Below are positions 36,381 to 64,000 of a stretch of DNA of 64,000 nucleotides, in pieces (within the stretch, counting starts at the first letter, position 1; each line of letters begins with the position of its first letter). The stretch covers positions 2,196,485-2,260,484 of the forward strand of contig MU053431.1 in NCBI GenBank assembly GCA_013239625.1, given 5' to 3'. Both the position numbers and the translations under genes were made by a program. This DNA is from Lama guanicoe (Eukaryota). The notes under the pieces were generated by a model. That model ran no database searches, was not told the DNA's origin, and worked only from the letters and a program-made list of their open reading frames with translations.

Positions 36381-37025
36381 CCACTGTAACCATTTCTAAG
36401 TGCGTGGTTCTCTGGCACTAAACACATCTCATTGCTGTACAGCCATCACCCCTGTCCGTTTGCAGAGCCTCTTATCTTGCAAAACACACTCGGCCCCCTA
36501 AGCAGGAACTCTCCCACCCGCCTCCCCGCACCCACCGCCTGCTCTCTGTCTCTGTGAATTTGACTCCTCTAGGAACCTCCTGTAAGTGGAATCACACGGT
36601 ACTTGTCTCTTTGAGACTGGCTCAGCATAATGTCCTCAAGGCTCATCTGTGTTGTAGCCTGTGTCAGGACCTACCTTCGTTTTAAAGGCTGAATAATATT
36701 GCATCATAGGGATGGACCACATCTTGCTTATCCGTTCATTCATCGATGGACACTTGGGCTGCTTCCATGATTTGGCTGCTGTGAACATGAGTGTACAGAT
36801 AAATCTTTGAACCTCTGCTTTCAATTCTTTTTGGTATGTGCCTAGGAGAGGAATTGCTGGATCACATGGTAATTATAGTTTTTTTGAGGAGCACCGTACC
36901 ATTTTCCACAGTGGCTGTAGCTTTTTACTTTCCCACTAACAGTGCACAAGTTCCTCCTTTCTCCGCATCCTTCCAACACCTGTTGTCTCCTATGTTTTTT
37001 GACAGCTGCCATCCTGTAGTTGGCA
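36381..37025 (-). mobile_element. Second LINE-1 fragment (ORF2 C-terminus and 3' UTR, L1M-type)
   Basis: CTLMFTAAKSWKQPKCPSMNERISKMW...YYSAFK and RCWKDAEK resemble the ORF2p C-terminus; its order relative to the adjacent piece implies a separate insertion or a rearrangement. Confidence 0.85.
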
Positions 37026-38287
37026 TGTTTCTTTTTAATAAGAAGTTTAACCCCAGCCTGAAGAGAGCCGACCCTCCCGGCTTTTCTTCTCTGCTCCCAC
37101 ACTTGTCCGGAGGCCAGTGCCCACCTTTGCCCACAGCTTCCTCCATCCAGAGCCTCCCCTGGACAGAACCTCCCGGACTCTGGCTTGCCTTCACCGTCCG
37201 AGGCAAACTCACCACCGAAAAGTCCACCCAGACCCACAGCCCAGAACCTCTGTCATCACAGCGGCTCACGGTTCCCAGGGGCTGAGGGGCTCACCTCTGC
37301 TGCTTGGCCCCAGAACCTGACCTGGCCTTCAGGGCAGTGGGGCCAGACCTGTGAGACGTCCCCGCGACCTGCTGAACAGTCAGGCCTGAATCTCGGCCAC
37401 ATATTTGACCTCTGGGCAGATCTCAAGATGATCACCCTGGCCCTTCCCTCTGGGAGGAGGCAATGCCCCAGTGGACAGGTACTCGGGTGGTCTGGCCCAG
37501 CGGTCCCCTCTGCGGGGTCACCATCTGGCGCAGCCCTGTTGTTGGGCGCCTGCCACGCCTGCACTGTCTGTGCTCCAGCGGCCATCAGGGAAGGTCAGGC
37601 TTCACAAGTGAGGTCCGCAGTCTGGGCCTCAGGCTCTGTGAGCCCACGGCCGTGCCGGCCTCATTCTGGCTGCTTCCCAGGGGGCGGGCACAGACCTGCT
37701 TAGTGAATGAGTGAACGTGTGACTGAATGCATGCGTGATGAATGATTGAAGGAGCCACTTGCAGAGAGGCCTCCAGGCCTGTGGCAGACAGAGCCAGGCC
37801 AATTCTGAGAACAACCCTTCGCAGCCTCAGAACCCCGTGGGCTGCAGGCCTGAGGGTCTAGGTGGGGCTGGGTCTGCGGCCACCCGGCAGCATGAGCCCT
37901 GGGACATGGGGCAGCAGAAGGAGCCGGGCACAGGGACCAGGCAAGGTGGACGGACACATGGAGCCAGGCCGAGGGGATGAGGAGCAGCGCCTCCTACTGT
38001 CCTGAGATCTGAGGGCCTAGCTAGCGGCCCAGCCCCTCCCTCCCAGCCCATCCCCATGGCTGTCCCCACAGCAAGGGTCCCCCTTTGACCCCTTGGGCCC
38101 TTCCCCGGGCTCCACAGATCCCAGGCCAGGGCTGGGGACGTCTGTCCAGCAGAAACAGGCAGTAGCCTTCCGAGCCAAGTGCCGACCTCACTGATGGGAG
38201 GTGGCACACTTGGAGGTGGAACCATGGGTCCTTGGAAGGAACGGGGCTGCCCCGTCCCCCATCTCCAGGAGCTCCTCCAGGTGAGTG

Positions 38288-38301
38288 CTGCCACCTAGTG
38301 G
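38288..38301 (-). promoter_or_regulatory. CTCF motif
   Basis: CCACTAGGTGGCAG fully matches CCASYAGRKGGCRS; ~1.5 kb past the KCNQ2 poly(A) signal. Confidence 0.6.
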
Positions 38302-39539
38302 CAGCTGGGTGCAGCAGGGGTGTGCAGCGGCCCAGCACACTTGGGGGGTTGGCGCTCCGGCCAGCTTCCCTACAGCCCAGCCCTGGCCACATCTGTCCCC
38401 CGTGCCCTGTCACCCCCTGACCACGGCCCCGTCTGGCCCTTCCCTGGCCGGTGCTCACACTCAGAGGTGCCCATGGACCAGATCCCCGGTGGGACGTGGG
38501 GTCACGCAGGCAGGGGCAGCGTGACAGGGTTGGAGGGCATGTGAGCTCACACACCACAGGGAGGAAGTCATCTTCCTGGCCCCATAGGCTGGTCCAGGTG
38601 GGAGGAAGGGGCGGGAACGGGGAGGAAGGGAGAGGGGCCTCGGATGGGAGGTGCCTGAGTGGCCCTGCGGTGGTGGGCGGGCAGGCGGTGGCTGAGCTGG
38701 TGGACAGGAGCTCGTCCAGCACCTCTGGGAGGGAGGGCCGGTCCCCTGAGGTCTGCAGTGGCCCCTTGTCTGAGCCCAGAGCCCCCGGCAACCCCCCCAC
38801 TGCTCCTCAAGCATCCAAGCCCACTCTAGTCCCCACCTTTTGCCCTGAGAAGAAGGTTCACCACACCCCACGCCCAGCCCCTATCCCGTCCCGCCTGCCC
38901 ACCTGGCTCCGGCTGCCAGGCTGGACAAGGTGGCCAGTGGATCCAGGTGATAGCAGGACACAACTCTGTGTCTGGCCCACCCGGTCAGGGGTCAGGGGAC
39001 AAGACGGTCCCAGAGACCAGGGCGTCTGCTTATGCGGGGCCAGGCTCCACTGTGGGCCCCCACCTCACCTCCAGGAGGGCACTTAGCTCCCACCAGGGGT
39101 GCCTCAGTTGCCTCCCCTGGGGAATGTTGCCACCTCCTGGGGTCAGGGTGATAGTCACTGAGCCGGGGATACAGTGCAGGTCCAGGCGAACCTGGTACAT
39201 AGTGTGGCCACGTGGGATGGGCACGCGCACCCGGGAGCACACAGAGCCTCAGACGCTGCCCTCCCCCACTGCTTTGCCCATTCTGCCGTCTGGTGGCCCG
39301 TGTCCAACCCCAGCCTGTGAATCCTGCCGGAAGCAGAACCCAGGCCACGGTGGACCTGGGGGCACAGGCTGCTGGAGTCTCCCCAAGGAATTTTCCCTGC
39401 TTTCTTGGTGTAGAATTCCCGGGCTAGCTGCACAGCTGGCAGCTGGTGCAGACTCCATCTCCCAGTCTTCCCTGCAGACTCTGACAGGGTTCTTGACAAT
39501 GGACAGGCAGCGCGCGCGTGATTGTGTGTGTGCGCGCAT

Positions 39540-39830
39540 GAGACTTCAGAGACCAGTCCTTAAAGGAACAGTGTGCCTTCCTTCCCCATACTCCCTCCTA
39601 CTAGCTGGAATGCGGTTATAATGGCTAGACTCCAGCAACCACACTGGGCCATGTGGTGACCCTAAGGAAGTCACGTAGAGCAGAGCAGTAAGACAAGAGA
39701 GTCCCGAGTGCCTGGCACCCACACCCATCCTGACAGCCTCCATCTGAGAAACAAATATGAGCCTATTCTGTTGAACCCACAGTTACTTAGAGTTTCTCTA
39801 TTAATTACAGCCAGGCCTAAACCTAACCCT
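39540..39830. mobile_element. MaLR (MLT1-like) LTR remnant just downstream of the KCNQ2 poly(A) signal
   Basis: 'ctagctggaatgcgg...ctccagcaacc...tgtggtgacc...acagccaggcctaaacctaac' resembles old MLT1 LTRs. Confidence 0.4.
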
Positions 39831-39867
39831 CGTCCTAGGGGACAGTTCCTAGAGAAACCGAGAGAAA

Positions 39868-39873
39868 TTTATT
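39868..39873 (-). terminator. Probable distal KCNQ2 polyadenylation signal AATAAA
   Basis: TTTATT on + in an AT-richer block; gives a ~6.5 kb 3' UTR, similar to the long human UTR. A second AATAAA lies at 42942-42947. Confidence 0.7.
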
Positions 39874-41754
39874 GGCACTGAGAAACATGGCAAGCAGTTT
39901 GAAGACCGCTGAATGGAAGCAGATTAAGGACATTCTTCTCCTGTGTCCATGGAGGGAGGAGGACAGAGGTGGGCCCCTGCCTCCCACTGCAGCCCCCTCC
40001 ACACAGCACGGAGGGCAGGTGCATGAACTGGGCACTGAGAGAACCCCTAGAGCACCCCAGGTCTTCATCAACCCAGGAACTGCAGAGAAACCTAGTCAGA
40101 GTGGCCTGTTGGGGCGTCTGAGGGCCGTATGAGCCCGAGGGCCCCCAGAGCTCACAGCACAGGCTCGGGGTTTCCTGGGGCGGCTCTGGAACCCTCCTCC
40201 CTCCGGCTCTAGCAGAGATGGGCAGGGACACAGCGGGACCCTGTCTAGAGCTCCAGGTGGATGGAGGTGAGCTGAGCAGCCAGCCCAGGCAGGCGGGCAG
40301 GGGCCCACCTGCACCTGGAGCCCAGTTCCCTCCAAACCTAAGGACACCCCAGCCCACAACTCAATGGGAGTCTTGCAGCACAGAGGTCTCTGGTGGTGGT
40401 CGGAGCCTGCCAGGGCCACTTGAACCCCCATGCTACAGGGCCCGATCGCCTGTGACGGGGCTGTGGGGCAGCAGGCCTTGGGCCCTGCTGAGGTCAGCCG
40501 GTCTGGGCACCAGTCCTGGCCGGGTCACTGCCTCTCAGGCCACCACGCCCTGCGGAGCTGCTCTTCCTACTCAGAGGGCTGACCCCTAGGAGTCCCAGGG
40601 AGCGTCCAGTGGAGGGGAAAATGCCAGAGGGCAGCACAGCTGACCGCCCGCACAGGCTCAGTCTCAGATCCGCCCGCCCTGGGCCCCTGCCTGGCCCCTC
40701 TGCTGGGAGATGGGACGGCCTTATCCCCCCCACCCCGCTCTCCACACCGCCCCCGCTGGGCCAGCTGAGGGGAGCGAGTCGGAAGAGAAAGAGTGGGGGG
40801 GTGGCCAAGCAGGTGCCACGAACAGCAGGAGGGGCTCTGAGGATGTCAGACCCCAGGCCGGGCACCAGCGCCGAGCTCCAGGTCTCCACACCCACTGCAG
40901 ACCCATGTGCACAGAGCCCACCCCTGGGAGTGGGCAGACCCAGCGTTTCCTGAGGGCCCAGAGGGCTCGCCCGGCCCCAGGCTGGGGGCTCTGGTCCAGG
41001 ACCCTAGCCGCTCCCAGTGGCGGCAGGTAGGATAGACCGCAGGCGGGAAGCCCACAGGCTCAGGCCCAGCCCCGGGCGGTGAGGGTGAGTTTTTGCTGCT
41101 TAAGCCGCTAGTCTGTGGTCCTTTCTTAGGACACACCGGCAGGGCCCAGTGCCTTGACCCTGGGAAGCGGGACCCCCTGCAGCACAGCAGCCCCTTGGCC
41201 AAGGCCTCCCCCACACCCCCCCACCGGAGCCCGGCCAGGAGCCCGCAGCCCGGAGACGGCGTGAGAGGACAGAGGCTACACGCTGTTCAGGTTGAATCAC
41301 TGTGTTTTACTAAGTGCACAGGTCCACTGGGCATCCGAACTTGTCCCTGTGGCAGAACTCTCCACATGCATCCCTGCCGCTGTCTCTACGCCCGCGGTCC
41401 CTGGCAAACCGCGCTGGGCCTCCTGGCGGCACAAGCGTCAACCTGACAGTGAGTTGAGTGAGAATCTCAGCTGGTCCGTAGAAAACTAGAGTTCTTTCCC
41501 TGGGCGTCTGTCCCTAGAAAACGGCCAGTGTGCACATCCCCTGTCACAGGGTGGTGACCCGCCCAGGAGGAGAGGCCCGGCGCCTGCTGCAGGGACACGT
41601 GGGAGACAGTGTACGTCAGTACTGAAGGCATCATGACATTTTCTTTGGAGCATGAACGTGAACAAAAGTGCAGACAGCCAAGGCAACAGCGCAGGTGGGG
41701 GTCGCAGCCGCCTTTGGGCCAGAGGGCGCGGCTGCGAGGACAGCATGGGATGGG

Positions 41755-41828
41755 GGTGCAGGGGACCCCAGGGGCGCAGGGGGACCCTAGGGGAGCAGGG
41801 GACCCCGGGGGCACAGGGGAACCCCAGG
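41755..41828. repeat. ~18-bp G/C-run minisatellite, about 4 copies
   Basis: gcaggggacccc(a/t/g)gggg units. Confidence 0.75.
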
Positions 41829-42420
41829 CGGGCATGTGGGTGGAGCCCAGCAGGTGCAATGACGTGAGATCCGCCGCCCACTCTGTGCTTGCTGTGAGCT
41901 GGTCCCGCAGACCACGGACAGAGACGGCAGGTGCCTGGCGGATTCCAAGGGGGCACGGGGTGACCTCGGTGAATTTTCATCAACATTCATTAAGGCAGTG
42001 ACTTCCACAGGCCCACCTGGAAGCCCTAGGACTGAGGGCCATCTCCCAGGAGGGCCCCTTCCTCCCTCTCCCAGCACACGATCTGTCCATCCTGAGGGTC
42101 TCTCTGGACAGGGCCACCCAGCCACACCAGGGGCACCCATGCAAATGTCCACGACAAGAGGCCACCCGACTCTTCCTCCAACCCAGAGGGGTCTCTCCTC
42201 CCAAGGAGCATCCTTCTCACTCTCTCTGCCATGCTTCCTAAGCCCCCCTCCCTCCAACACCCCCTCTTCCTATGTCTGTTGTCAGCCCCCATCCCTCACA
42301 AGACGGCAGAACCCAGGGAAGTGTGGGACACCCCATGCATGCTTTAGGGCTATGCAAGGTCTAGGCCTGGGCAGCTGGCTCCCCTGGCCCCTGGAGAGAA
42401 GAAAGGTGCCAGCTACTGGC

Positions 42421-42522
42421 CCCAGCACACCACCTCCTCCAGGAAGCCCTCCCCGGATGTCTTTCCCACTTCCCAGCACACCACCTCCTCCAGGAAGCCC
42501 TCCCTGTTTGTCTCTCCCACTT
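42421..42522. repeat. 51-bp imperfect tandem duplication in the KCNQ2 3' UTR
   Basis: cccagcacaccacctcctccaggaagccctccc...tcccactt x2. Confidence 0.85.
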
Positions 42523-45500
42523 AGCATTTGGCAGGAGCCCAAGTGGAGCCCACCCCTGGGGGCAGGAACGCAGGAGGCAGCTGGCCTGGGACCGCCACAC
42601 TGGGCAGGCACCTCCATGGGCGCTACAATCAGGCAACCTACCCTCACAGGGCCCCACCCAGCCCTCCTGTCCTACACCAGACGTTGGACATCAGTGCATA
42701 GAAGCAGGAGGCCTGGAGATCTGCTCAGGGGTCACGGAGGGCAGGGTTATCCACTCCACAGCCTTGGGACCACTCAGGACAGCATCGGCCAGGGAAAGGA
42801 GTGTCAGATTCGAGTCACTGTGCGCTGGGCGTCATGGAGCCCCACCTGCTGCTAAGAACTCCCCACCCGCCCATGGGTGCAGGATTACCCAAACTCTCCC
42901 CGGCAGGTCCTCACTGTCAAACCAGCCCTCTTCACACCACGTTTATTCCAGGGTCTGTGACGTGGGGGCCGGGAACTCGTCCTTCCTCGCAGCAGGAGAC
43001 CCGGGTAGGTGCCTCCATCTGGCACTCCGCCCATTATATACAGCTCGGGGTGAGGGTGAAACCGTACACATGCCAGAGTTTCTACAAAGGCCTCCCTGCA
43101 GCCCTCCACCCTCCGGGACTTCGGAAGCGTCTGGAAATGTTCCAGGGCCAAGTTCTGTCCAAACAGCAGGGGCGGGGCACCTGCTTCCCAGGGTGCCCCA
43201 CAAGCGTGGGGCTGGCAGGAAAGGGGATGCCTTCCCATCCCCTCCCGTCTTAACACCTCAGATTCGTGAGCGCCGGGGGACCCCAGCCTAGTGCAAGGAG
43301 GGGTCAAAATCAACCCATGCGTGAAGGATGTGCAGAGCCACCCGGCTGGTGCCTGAGCTCCAGGCTGGGGCGGGGGGCGGGGGTGGGGAGAGGCGATGGC
43401 TGGCTCTTACTGCTCTGACCAGGTGGCCCCCTCGCGGGGTGGACTCCCAGAGCCTCTGAACGGGGCTTTGAAGTGACTCTACCCAAAGGACAGCTGTGCC
43501 GCTGGGGGTGGGGGCTCCTGTGGGCAGGGGGCAGGCCCGGGAGGACCCCCGCCCCCTGGCTGGGGTCCTCCATCCTCCGGAGCTGCCCCAGCTGAGACCA
43601 TGGCTCGTGATTTCACGTGGACAGAAGAGGGAGATGCGGGGCCGGTGAAGAGAGAGGCTGCCAAGGCCGGGCTGCAAGGCTAAGGAGGCAGGGACCGCCC
43701 TGGCCCAGGCTCTTGGCATCTGGCTGATTCAGCACTCCAGACAGCCACCAGGGCAGCTGAGGGTACGGAGGAGGACAGTGTGGGACCCTGGATGGGCTCT
43801 GGTGGACCCTCTGCCAGTGCCGCCCAGAGGCCCCACACAGCAGGGACCCTCACCCAGGGCCCAGCGTTTCAGGATCACCTGGGCTCCCGAAGTCATTAAT
43901 TCTTCTGCCTTAAAGTGGGGGGAGCCAGAGAGAGGTCAGACAAGGGGTGTGTGCACACTTGGGGGCATGTGTGCACGTGCATGTGGGCGTGCACATGTGG
44001 TGTGGGGGTGGGTACACACGTGCACGCTGCATGTGCAGGCGAATGCGCACTATGTGTGCCCACGGGTGTGCACACGAGTGTGAGCTGCTGCATGTTTGCA
44101 GGCGCGTGTGTGAGCACAGGTGTGTGTAGGGCTTGTTTGGGGGTGCGACCTCTGGTAGCACACCTGCTCGTCTTGGGAAAGACATGCCGCGCCAGCCACG
44201 GGGCAGTGGTGGGCCCGCAGCCGAGAAAGGGGACCGACTTCCCAGCGAGCGCCCAGCCTCTTTCCTGAAGCCTACGCTTCCCAAAAGTGGGGCCCCTGGG
44301 CAGCGGACAGACGCTGCTCAGGCCTGGGTCCGGGGGCCCCTGAGAAGAAGCCTGTACCCCATCCTCTCCCCAGACTATACCCCCAAACCATCCCCCAAGC
44401 AGACGCAGGCCTCCTGTCCTATAGAGGGGCCAGGATGAACTTCATAGCCACCTTGCTGCAGGCAGCATGTCCACAGTCTAGCCTCAGTCCCTCCTGCTGC
44501 AACCTTGGAGACCCTCCCGGCAGTGGCCTGGCACCAGCTCCCGGCTCCATGGCGCTGGGGACAGGAGGCGTGTCGAAGCCGGCTCCTCCGTTGCCAGGGC
44601 CCCACGGCACAGGGGTGCCTGGTGCAGGACACAAACCTCTCACCGGGGGCCAAGGACCCCTCCTACCCGGGCCAGGGGTCCATGCCAGCCAAGGTCTGAC
44701 ACGGACGGGTTGCTGCTGCTGGCAACGTGAATCTCTCCCCCGGGGCCAGAGAACAGCAGCCGGGGCCGGGGTGAGGTGGGGGCCTCCCCTCCCACAGTGG
44801 GAGGGCGAAGGGGGCTCAGACTCCACCCCAGGAGCGGCCCTCTGCCTGGGCCTCTTCGTGCCAATACTGGGAGGGGCTTTTCTCAGCATTGCAGGGTCTG
44901 GGGCTGGAGAAACACTGCCCTCGAGAACGAGGAGGACTCTGAGAGGGGGACACAGCAGGGGGAGGGGCAGCAGGCGCCCCTCCCCAGGCCACATGGCAGG
45001 CTGCACGCCCGATCCCTCTGGGCTGCTGGGAAGGAGGGGGTGCCCTCACGCTGCGGCCCTGAGCACAGACCACGGGTTCTGAGTCCAAGCCTGGGTCCTC
45101 CTGCACTGGGCCCAGCCCACCCTCCAGCTGCCCGGCCAGCAGCCCCAGCAGAGAGGTGTCCATGGGTGGGACCCTGCATGGCCTGGCCAGGGTGCGGGGC
45201 ACACGCAGACGCTACAGAAGACACTGCTCCCCAAAGGTCTCAGAGCGCCAGGACACTGACAGCTGGGGTGGGGATTCCACTCCGTCCCCCATGGTTTGAT
45301 TCTTGGCTCGAAGCTGCTGCCCCTCAGGCCAAGATGCCCAGGACTAGAGGGATGGGGATCCCTGCTCCCCAGGGCCCAGTGTGGGGACGGGCTTCTCTGA
45401 CTCCCAAGACACCAAGAGGTCGCAGCCAAGGGGCTGGTCAGTGGGGGAGGAGGGGCAGTGGGTGGTGAGCTCCAGCGGGGGCAAGAGAGACACTCTACAA

Positions 45501-46408
45501 GACAGAGCTGCCTTAATCTCTGGACTGGGGTGGGGGCTCTACTGCCCTGGGGGTTAGCACACTGCCCAGACCCAGGTCCTGTGAGGGGACTGATGGGGAC
45601 AGGCAAGGCAGGGTCCTTGGTGAAGGACAGTGCAAATCTGTTCACCACGACCTGCCGGGCCCAGGACCCCAGAGCCTGAGCCCCGGCCTGGGGGACCCCA
45701 CACCCCCAGCACATCACTCCTGCATGCAGTCCACACTGCAGGGCTGGCCACAGCCTGGTGACCAGTGCCCGCTAGGGCAGGGCAGAGAGGACACAGGAGT
45801 CTCCTAGAAATAGAAGGGAGCCCCAAACACCCTCTTCCAGGAGCCTGCAGAGTGGGCCCCTCCCCACAAGAGCCATGTTCGGGAGGTCTGAGGGTCACTC
45901 TGTGCACCCATGCGGTGCCCGGCCAGGGTCCTGGACTTGGGACGGGCTCCCATCACAGAACACTCAGAACCTGGGACAGGGGGACAGGATGACACTGACC
46001 AGCAGCTCTGGAGGGACAGCCATGAGGCAAAGGTCATCACCCGAGCGGTGCTGCCGGCCACACCTCTCCCGAGGCTGCAAGGCCGCGGATCCTCTCGGAG
46101 ACCCCTCACTGCCACCCTCACCCAGCCCTGCTCCCGGCCCATGCCTCCACCGGGCCACCAGGGGCTGCCTTCAGCCTTGACCCCAGCCCCCGTCACAGCG
46201 GGGCCAGCAGTCTGCAGAGTGGGCACGGCCAGCCTGGCTGCCCCTTGCTGGAAAAGAATTTTTGCCAACTTGCAGTGTGAGAGACCAAGGGCTGCGCCCA
46301 CCCGCTGCCCCACATGGGCACCCGCACTGCGTTGCTCTAGGAAGAGGCCCCAGAGGGTCCCTCTAGAGACCCGGCTGCTGGGAGTCAGGGAGAGGCTGGA
46401 GGGCAGCC

Positions 46409-61408
<15,000 letters not shown>

Positions 61409-62299
61409 CTTCAAACAGAAGCACAAGACTATTAGCAGCCGGCCCGCCATGTAGAACCCAGCACAGACCCCACACCCAGCCCAGGCCCGCCCCCATGCTC
61501 CCACGGGCGGGTGTCTGCGTGTGAGGGGTGCAGAAACAGCCCCCCGTCTGAGGGCCCCTGGGGGAACCCGGAAGGGGCCACAGGAAGCTCTGAGCCTGAG
61601 GTCACTACCTCCCCACACGTGGGGGCACGCATTTTAATCAGAAGCACCAACATTAACAAAGTTTCAAAGAGGCACGTGAGGGAGGCACTGGAGGTGGTCA
61701 ACTTCCGCGGTCGACGTTCAGGCCAGACATCAGCTGAGACGCTCCCGCCGCCGTGGGCTTGACGGAATTGCCACTCTTGGAGGGTGGGCTGGCGCCGAGC
61801 CCTGGGCGCGTGTCCCCAGGTCCTGGTCTGCTTGGGCTGGTGACCTCCACGAGCGAACACCGAACAGAAGGCTGAGGGCTTGGACTGCTCTTGGTTGGTC
61901 CACGGACAACTACCGGCCAGCCCCGCAGGTGCCTCGGGACGGCGGTGCTCACACTGGTCTGTTGTGTCACCAAGCGGGCGCTCCGTGCACGTCCAAAGTC
62001 TTTGCAGAACAGGCTCTGTGTCACCATGACACTGGCAGAGCCAACGTGACAACGAAGACAAGACGGTGTGGCCAGACAACCTGCTTGGGGCTGGGGTCTC
62101 TGGGGACCGACCCCCGGAACTCACACCCTCGGGAATAACGTCCACCCCAGAGGGACTAGCTCAGAAACGCGAGTGGAGGCCCCGTGGGCGCCCCATGCCG
62201 ACAGCGCCACTGGGAGCTCGACGTTTAGAGCTGCCCTGGGCACTCTCAGCCCGGCCCGGGGCCATCCGTTTCCCGGGACGTGTCAGGTTCCTGGGAGGC

Positions 62300-62780
62300 C
62301 AAAAGCAAGGCAGCACAGACCTGCACTGAAAACAACAGAAACACGCCCTCTCCCAGCTCTGGAGACCAGACGTCCGAAGCCAACGCGTCCGTCAGGCTGG
62401 GCTCCCTCCAGCTGCCCTGGGAGGGTCCTTCCTGCCCCTCCAGCTCCTGGGGGCCCCGGCCTGGGCTCATGGCTGCCTCCCTCCAATTTCAGCGGATGCG
62501 TCTCCTCAGGACACTTGTAAATGGCTCTGGGATCCACCAGACAGCCCAGGACGAGCTCATCCAGAGACCCTTAACCACAGCGGCAAACAAGGCCCATTCA
62601 CGAGGCTCCAGGGCACGGACCCGTCTTGGTGGAGCCACCATTCAACCCACTTCAGTCCATCCCCCAAAGTTCATGTCCACTTTACATCCGGAACACATTC
62701 ACCCCAAGCCAACATCTCTCAAAGACCCAGCCCGCTACAGCATCAGCTCTGTGTCCAAAGCCTCACTTCAGCCCACAAAG
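62300..62780. mobile_element. MaLR (MLT1-like) LTR remnant
   Basis: 'aaaacaacagaaa...ctcccagctctggagaccagacgtccgaa...aggacacttgtaaatgg...ggagccaccattcaacccac' matches the MLT1 pattern. Confidence 0.6.
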
Positions 62781-64000
62781 TCCCGAAGGTCATCGTCTCA
62801 ATCACCTGAATCCGGTGTGAGCGGCTCTGGGTGTGGTCCGTGAGTGGACCTGTGAACCCAGAAGGCAAGTGATCTGCTCCAAAATGCAGCGGCAGGACTG
62901 GCACAGGCCAGACGCGCCTGTTCAAAACGGGAAACCAGGAGGAACAGCCACCGGTCACCCACATTTGAAATCCCACAGGGCAAATCCACTTGGTTGGAAG
63001 CCCCTTGCCCACCTCTGTGCTCCTGGCTCCCTAAGCCTCGGCCCGCACCCCCGGCCGAGGCATCGTCCCTCCTCCTGGAGGGCCACACGTGCGCAGCCAG
63101 CCGACTGCTCCACCAGCCTGCTTCCCGCGGCGGAACCCCAGGGCTGCCGCGTTCCTGCTTTCTGCCCACCTCCCTCCCTCGCTCTTGGTCCAGCCAGGCA
63201 GTGTTTCTGCCAGAATGAAACTCCTAAAGCCTCGTGGGCACCCGCACATGCCCCAGGAGGGACCTCTGCCCGGTGACCCACCCTAGTCCCGCTCCTGCCA
63301 GGAGGGCCGGTCGCACCCACGATCACACACCGGTCTCCCCCACGACAGCCGTCCAGCCACGCCCATGGCCCTCTCTCCAGAGCACGCTCTCCTGGACCCA
63401 GGGTCCTGGTTCATGGTCCTGTGCACCCTGGACGGGCCCGGGCCGCTCCTGCCTCCACCCCCCTTCTCTCCACCTGCGTCTTCCCACAAGCAGCGAGGAG
63501 ACACCAGGCCCACGGCCCACACTCTGCCTGGAAATCTCCTCACTAAACGTCCAGGTTCATCGGGGGCAAGTTCTGGGATGGGATTCGGCCACTTTCTATG
63601 CCACTTACACAAAGGGTCACCTTTCCTCCAGTCCCCAACAACTCGCCTCATGCCAACCGACCCTGCCTCTGCGTCGTATGTAGAGCAGTCACGGCAATTC
63701 CTGCATCACGGGACGTCCCCATGCGCCTCAGTCATCGTGCCCGCCAGCTCCCACGGGAACCGAGCTTAACGTCCGTATTCCCACCAACTGCCTCTCCCAG
63801 GCAACCTGGGCCTTCTCTCCTGTGCTCTTCAAAACGCTGCTGCCGTCATCCAATTCCAGCCACTCTCCAGTCTCAGCCTGGCAGCACCCCACCTCCCGGC
63901 CCCAAAATCCCTGCTCGGCTGCCAGAGCTGCTGCGATGCTGCACCACAAGCAGGGCGGCTTGACTAGATCACAGAAGCGCGTCCTCGCCCAGCTCTGGAG

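Noticed and set aside
61409-64000. KCNQ2 exon 10 equivalent (LIPPLNQLELLRNLK)
   Set aside because: Not found; it must lie beyond the window end

Overview
GC-rich mammalian (eutherian) genomic DNA, not prokaryotic. It is the CHRNA4-KCNQ2 locus, with both genes on the minus strand. CHRNA4 (neuronal nicotinic receptor alpha4) is complete: six coding exons from ATG 16328 to stop 4688, 1887 nt or 628 aa if the 138-N gap in exon 5 is taken at face value. It has a CpG-island promoter and a likely poly(A) signal at 2301. The 3' half of KCNQ2 (Kv7.2) is present as exons equivalent to human 11-17 plus the 108-nt cassette exon, with stop at 46409 and a ~6.5 kb 3' UTR. Between the genes are a near-perfect RE1/NRSE, RFX X-boxes (one inside a perfect 98-bp duplication), CTCF-like motifs, and old L1/L2/MIR/MLT1 fragments. 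The most striking observation is that the loop-C (agonist-binding) part of CHRNA4 exon 5 reads as CHRNA2 sequence inside an otherwise alpha4 gene, next to an assembly gap. This is either paralogous gene conversion or a mis-assembly. Other notable items are an M2 12' Thr->Ala change, two uORFs, a GC-AG intron followed by an RBFOX/UG-rich block, and a candidate poison exon in KCNQ2. All comparisons with human and rodent sequences are from memory, not from database searches.
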